Assembly: GCF_963921235.1 (NCBI RefSeq)
Contig: NC_086097.1
Location: 187,676,001-187,740,000, forward strand
Length of the DNA stretch: 64,000 bases
From: Mobula hypostoma
Taxonomy: Eukaryota
Reading direction: 5' to 3'
Shown here: positions 61,456 through 64,000 of the stretch, in pieces
Layout of the letters: each line of letters begins with the position of its first letter
Position numbering within the stretch: the stretch's first letter is position 1
The notes under the pieces: model-generated
Database searches by the model: none
What the model was told of the DNA's origin: nothing
Seen by the model: only the letters and a program-made list of their open reading frames with translations
Made by a program: the position numbers and the translations under genes

Positions 61456-64000
61456 GGCAATAGTCAACGAGAATTGAAAGAGCCAATCTGCAGAGAGATA
61501 GCAGGCAACTGCAGGAAACATAAAATTGTGGTGGTAGGCGATTTTAATTTTCCATATATTGATTGGGACTCCCATACTGTTAGGGGTCTAGATGGTTTAG
61601 AGTTTGTAAAATGTGTTCAGGAAAGTTTTCTAAATCAATATATAGAGGGACCAACTAGAGGGGATGCAATATTGGATCTCCTGTTAGGAAACGAGTTAGG
61701 ACAAGTGACAGAAGTCTGTGTAGGGGAAAACTTTGGTTTCAGTGATCATAACACCATTAGTTTAAACTTGATCATGGACAAGGATGGATCTAGTCCTAGG
61801 GTTGAGGATCTTAACTGGAAGAAGGCCAAATTTGAAGAAATGAGAAAGGATCTAAAAAACATGGATTGGGATAGGTTGTTCTCTGGCAAGGATGTGATCA
61901 GTAGGTGGGAAGCCTTCAAAGGAGAAATTCTGAGAGTGCAGAATTTGTATGTTCCTGTCAGGATTAAAGGCAAAGAAAATAGGAATAAGGAACCTTTGTT
62001 CTCAAGGGATATTGCAACTCTGATAAAGAAGAAGAGGGAGTTGTATGACATGTATAGGAAGCAGGGAGTAAATAAGGTGCTTGAGGAGTATAAGAAGTGC
62101 AAGAAAATACTTAAGGAAGAAATCAGGAGGGCTAAAAGAAGACATGAGGTTGCCTTGGCAGTCAAAGTGAAGGATAATCCAAAGAGCTTTTACAAGTATA
62201 TTAAGAGCAAAAGGATTGTAAGGGATAAAATTGGTCCTCTTGAAGATCAGAGTGGTCGGCTTTGTGCGGAACCAAAGGAAATGGGGGAGATCTTAAATAG
62301 GTTTTTTGTGTCTGTATTTACTAAGGAAGCTGGCATGAAATCTATGGAATTGAGGGAATCAAGTAGTAAGACCATGGAAACTGTACAGATTGAAAAGGAG
62401 GAGGTGCTTGCTGTCTTGAGGAAAATTAAAGTGGATAAATCCCCAGGACCTGACAGAGTGTTCCCTCGGACCTTGAAGGAGACTAGTGTTGAAATTGCAG
62501 GGGCCCTGGCAGAAATATTTAAAATATCGCTGTCTACAGGTGAGGTGCCGGAGGATTGGAGAGTGGCTCATGTTGTTCCGTTGTTTAAAAAAGGATCGAA
62601 AAGTAATCCGGGAAATTATAGGCCAGTAAGTTTAACGTCGGTAGTAGGCAAGTTATTGGAGGGAGTACTAAGAGACAGAACCTACAAGCATTTGGATAGA
62701 CAGGGACGTATTAGGGAGAGTCAACATGGCTCTGTGCGTGGTAGGTCATGTTTGACCAATCTATTGGAGTTTTTCAAGGAGGTTACCAGGAAAGTGGATG
62801 AAGGGAAGGCAGTGGATATTGTCTACATGGACTTCAGTAAGGCCTTTGACAAGGTCCCACATGGGAGGTTAGTTAGGAAAATTCAGTCGCTAGGTATACA
62901 TGAAGAAGTGGTAAATTGGATTAGACATTGGCTCAATGGAAGAAGCCAAAGAGTGGTAGTAGAGAATTGCTTCCCCGAGTGGAGGCCTGTGACTAGTGGT
63001 GTGCCACAGGGATCAGTGCTGGGTCCATTGCTATTTGTCATCTATATCAATGATCTGGATGATAATGTGGTAAATTGAATCAGCAAATTTGCTGATGATA
63101 CAAAGATTGGAGGTGTAGTAGACAGTGAGGAAAGTTTTCAAAGCTTGCAGAGGGACTTGGACCAGCTGGAAAAATGGGCTGAAAAATGGCAGATGGGGTT
63201 TAATACAGACACGTGTGAGGTATTGCACGTTGGAAGGACAAACCAAGGTAGAACATACAGGGTTAATGGTAAGGCACTGACGAGTGCAGTGGAACAGAGG
63301 GATCTGAGAATACAGATACAAAATTCCCTAAAAGTGGCGTCACAGGTAGATAGGGTCGTAAAGAGAGCTTTTGGTACATTGGCTTTATTAATCAAAGTAT
63401 TGAGTATAAGAGCTGGAATATTATGATGAGGTTGTATAAGGCATTGGTGAGGCTGAATCTGGAGTATTGTGTTCAGTTTTGGTCACCAAATTACAGGAAG
63501 GATATAAATAAGGTTGAAAGAGTGCAGAGAAGGTTTACAAGGATGTTTCCGGGACTTGAGAAACTCAGTTACAGAGAAAGGTTGAATAGGTTAGGACTTC
63601 ATTCCCTGGAGCGTAGAAAAATGAGGGGAGATTGGATAGAGGTATATAAAATTATGATGGGTATAGATAGAGTGAATGCAAGCAGGCTTTTTCCACTGAG
63701 ACAAGGGGAGAAAATAACCAGAGGACATGGGTTAAGGGTGAGGGGGAAAAGTTTAAAGGGAACATTAGGGGGGGCTTCTTCACACAGAGAGTGGTGGGAG
63801 TATGGAATGAGCTGCCAGACGAGGTGATAAATGCGGGTTCTTTTTTAACATTTAAGAATAAATTGGACAGATACATAGATGGGAGGTGTATGGAGGGATA
63901 TGGTCCGTGTGCAGGTCAGTGGGACTAAGCAGAAAATGGTTCGGCACAGCCAAGAAGCGCCAAAAGACCTATTTCTGTGCTGTAGTTTCTGTGGTTTCTA
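61455..64000 (+). mobile_element. Young CR1 LINE (family C) ORF2: endonuclease C-terminal half + RT + 3' UTR
   Basis: [28 protein letters not shown] and RT motifs; premature stop at 63076-63078 and later frameshifts; tail tttctgtggtttcta at the window edge. Confidence 0.96.

Noticed and set aside
61387..63078. 563-aa ORF with a hydrophobic, signal-peptide-like N-terminus as a novel gene
   Set aside because: The N-terminal ~24 codons come from an adjacent repeat tail and fuse by chance to a 5'-truncated CR1 ORF2; the RT is cut by a stop at 63076-63078.
23085..64000. Next MMP16 exon (NDLFLVAVHELGHALGLEH)
   Set aside because: No such peptide was found in the ORF track or by reading; it presumably lies beyond the window, though a by-eye miss cannot be fully excluded.

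Overview
This is eukaryotic (vertebrate) genomic DNA, not prokaryotic. The repeat content (CR1, Rex1/Babar-like, Penelope-derived, Tc1/Tigger, V-SINE-like) suggests a cartilaginous fish such as a ray; that assignment is an inference. The whole window lies inside one + strand host gene, MMP16 (MT3-MMP). Three coding exons are visible: 3013-3161, 19896-20018 and 22780-23084. They splice in frame and encode the prodomain, the PRCGVPD cysteine switch, the RRKR furin site and the first half of the catalytic domain. Exon 1 and the HELGH zinc-binding exon are not in the window. The rest is intron, densely filled with often nested transposon relics; nearly all long ORFs in the track are LINE or transposase fragments. 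Most unusual observations: (1) a SINE-like chimera whose head is the rDNA ITS2/28S 5' junction and whose tail is a LINE-type 3' end; (2) many short Penelope-derived units carrying a minimal hammerhead-ribozyme motif, several with target-site duplications and one with a full catalytic core in the MMP16 sense orientation; (3) a Gypsy RNase H fragment captured in frame inside a CR1 ORF2; (4) a four- to five-level nested insertion stack; (5) several long hairpins and inverted repeats within the pre-mRNA. Boundaries of old repeats are approximate.
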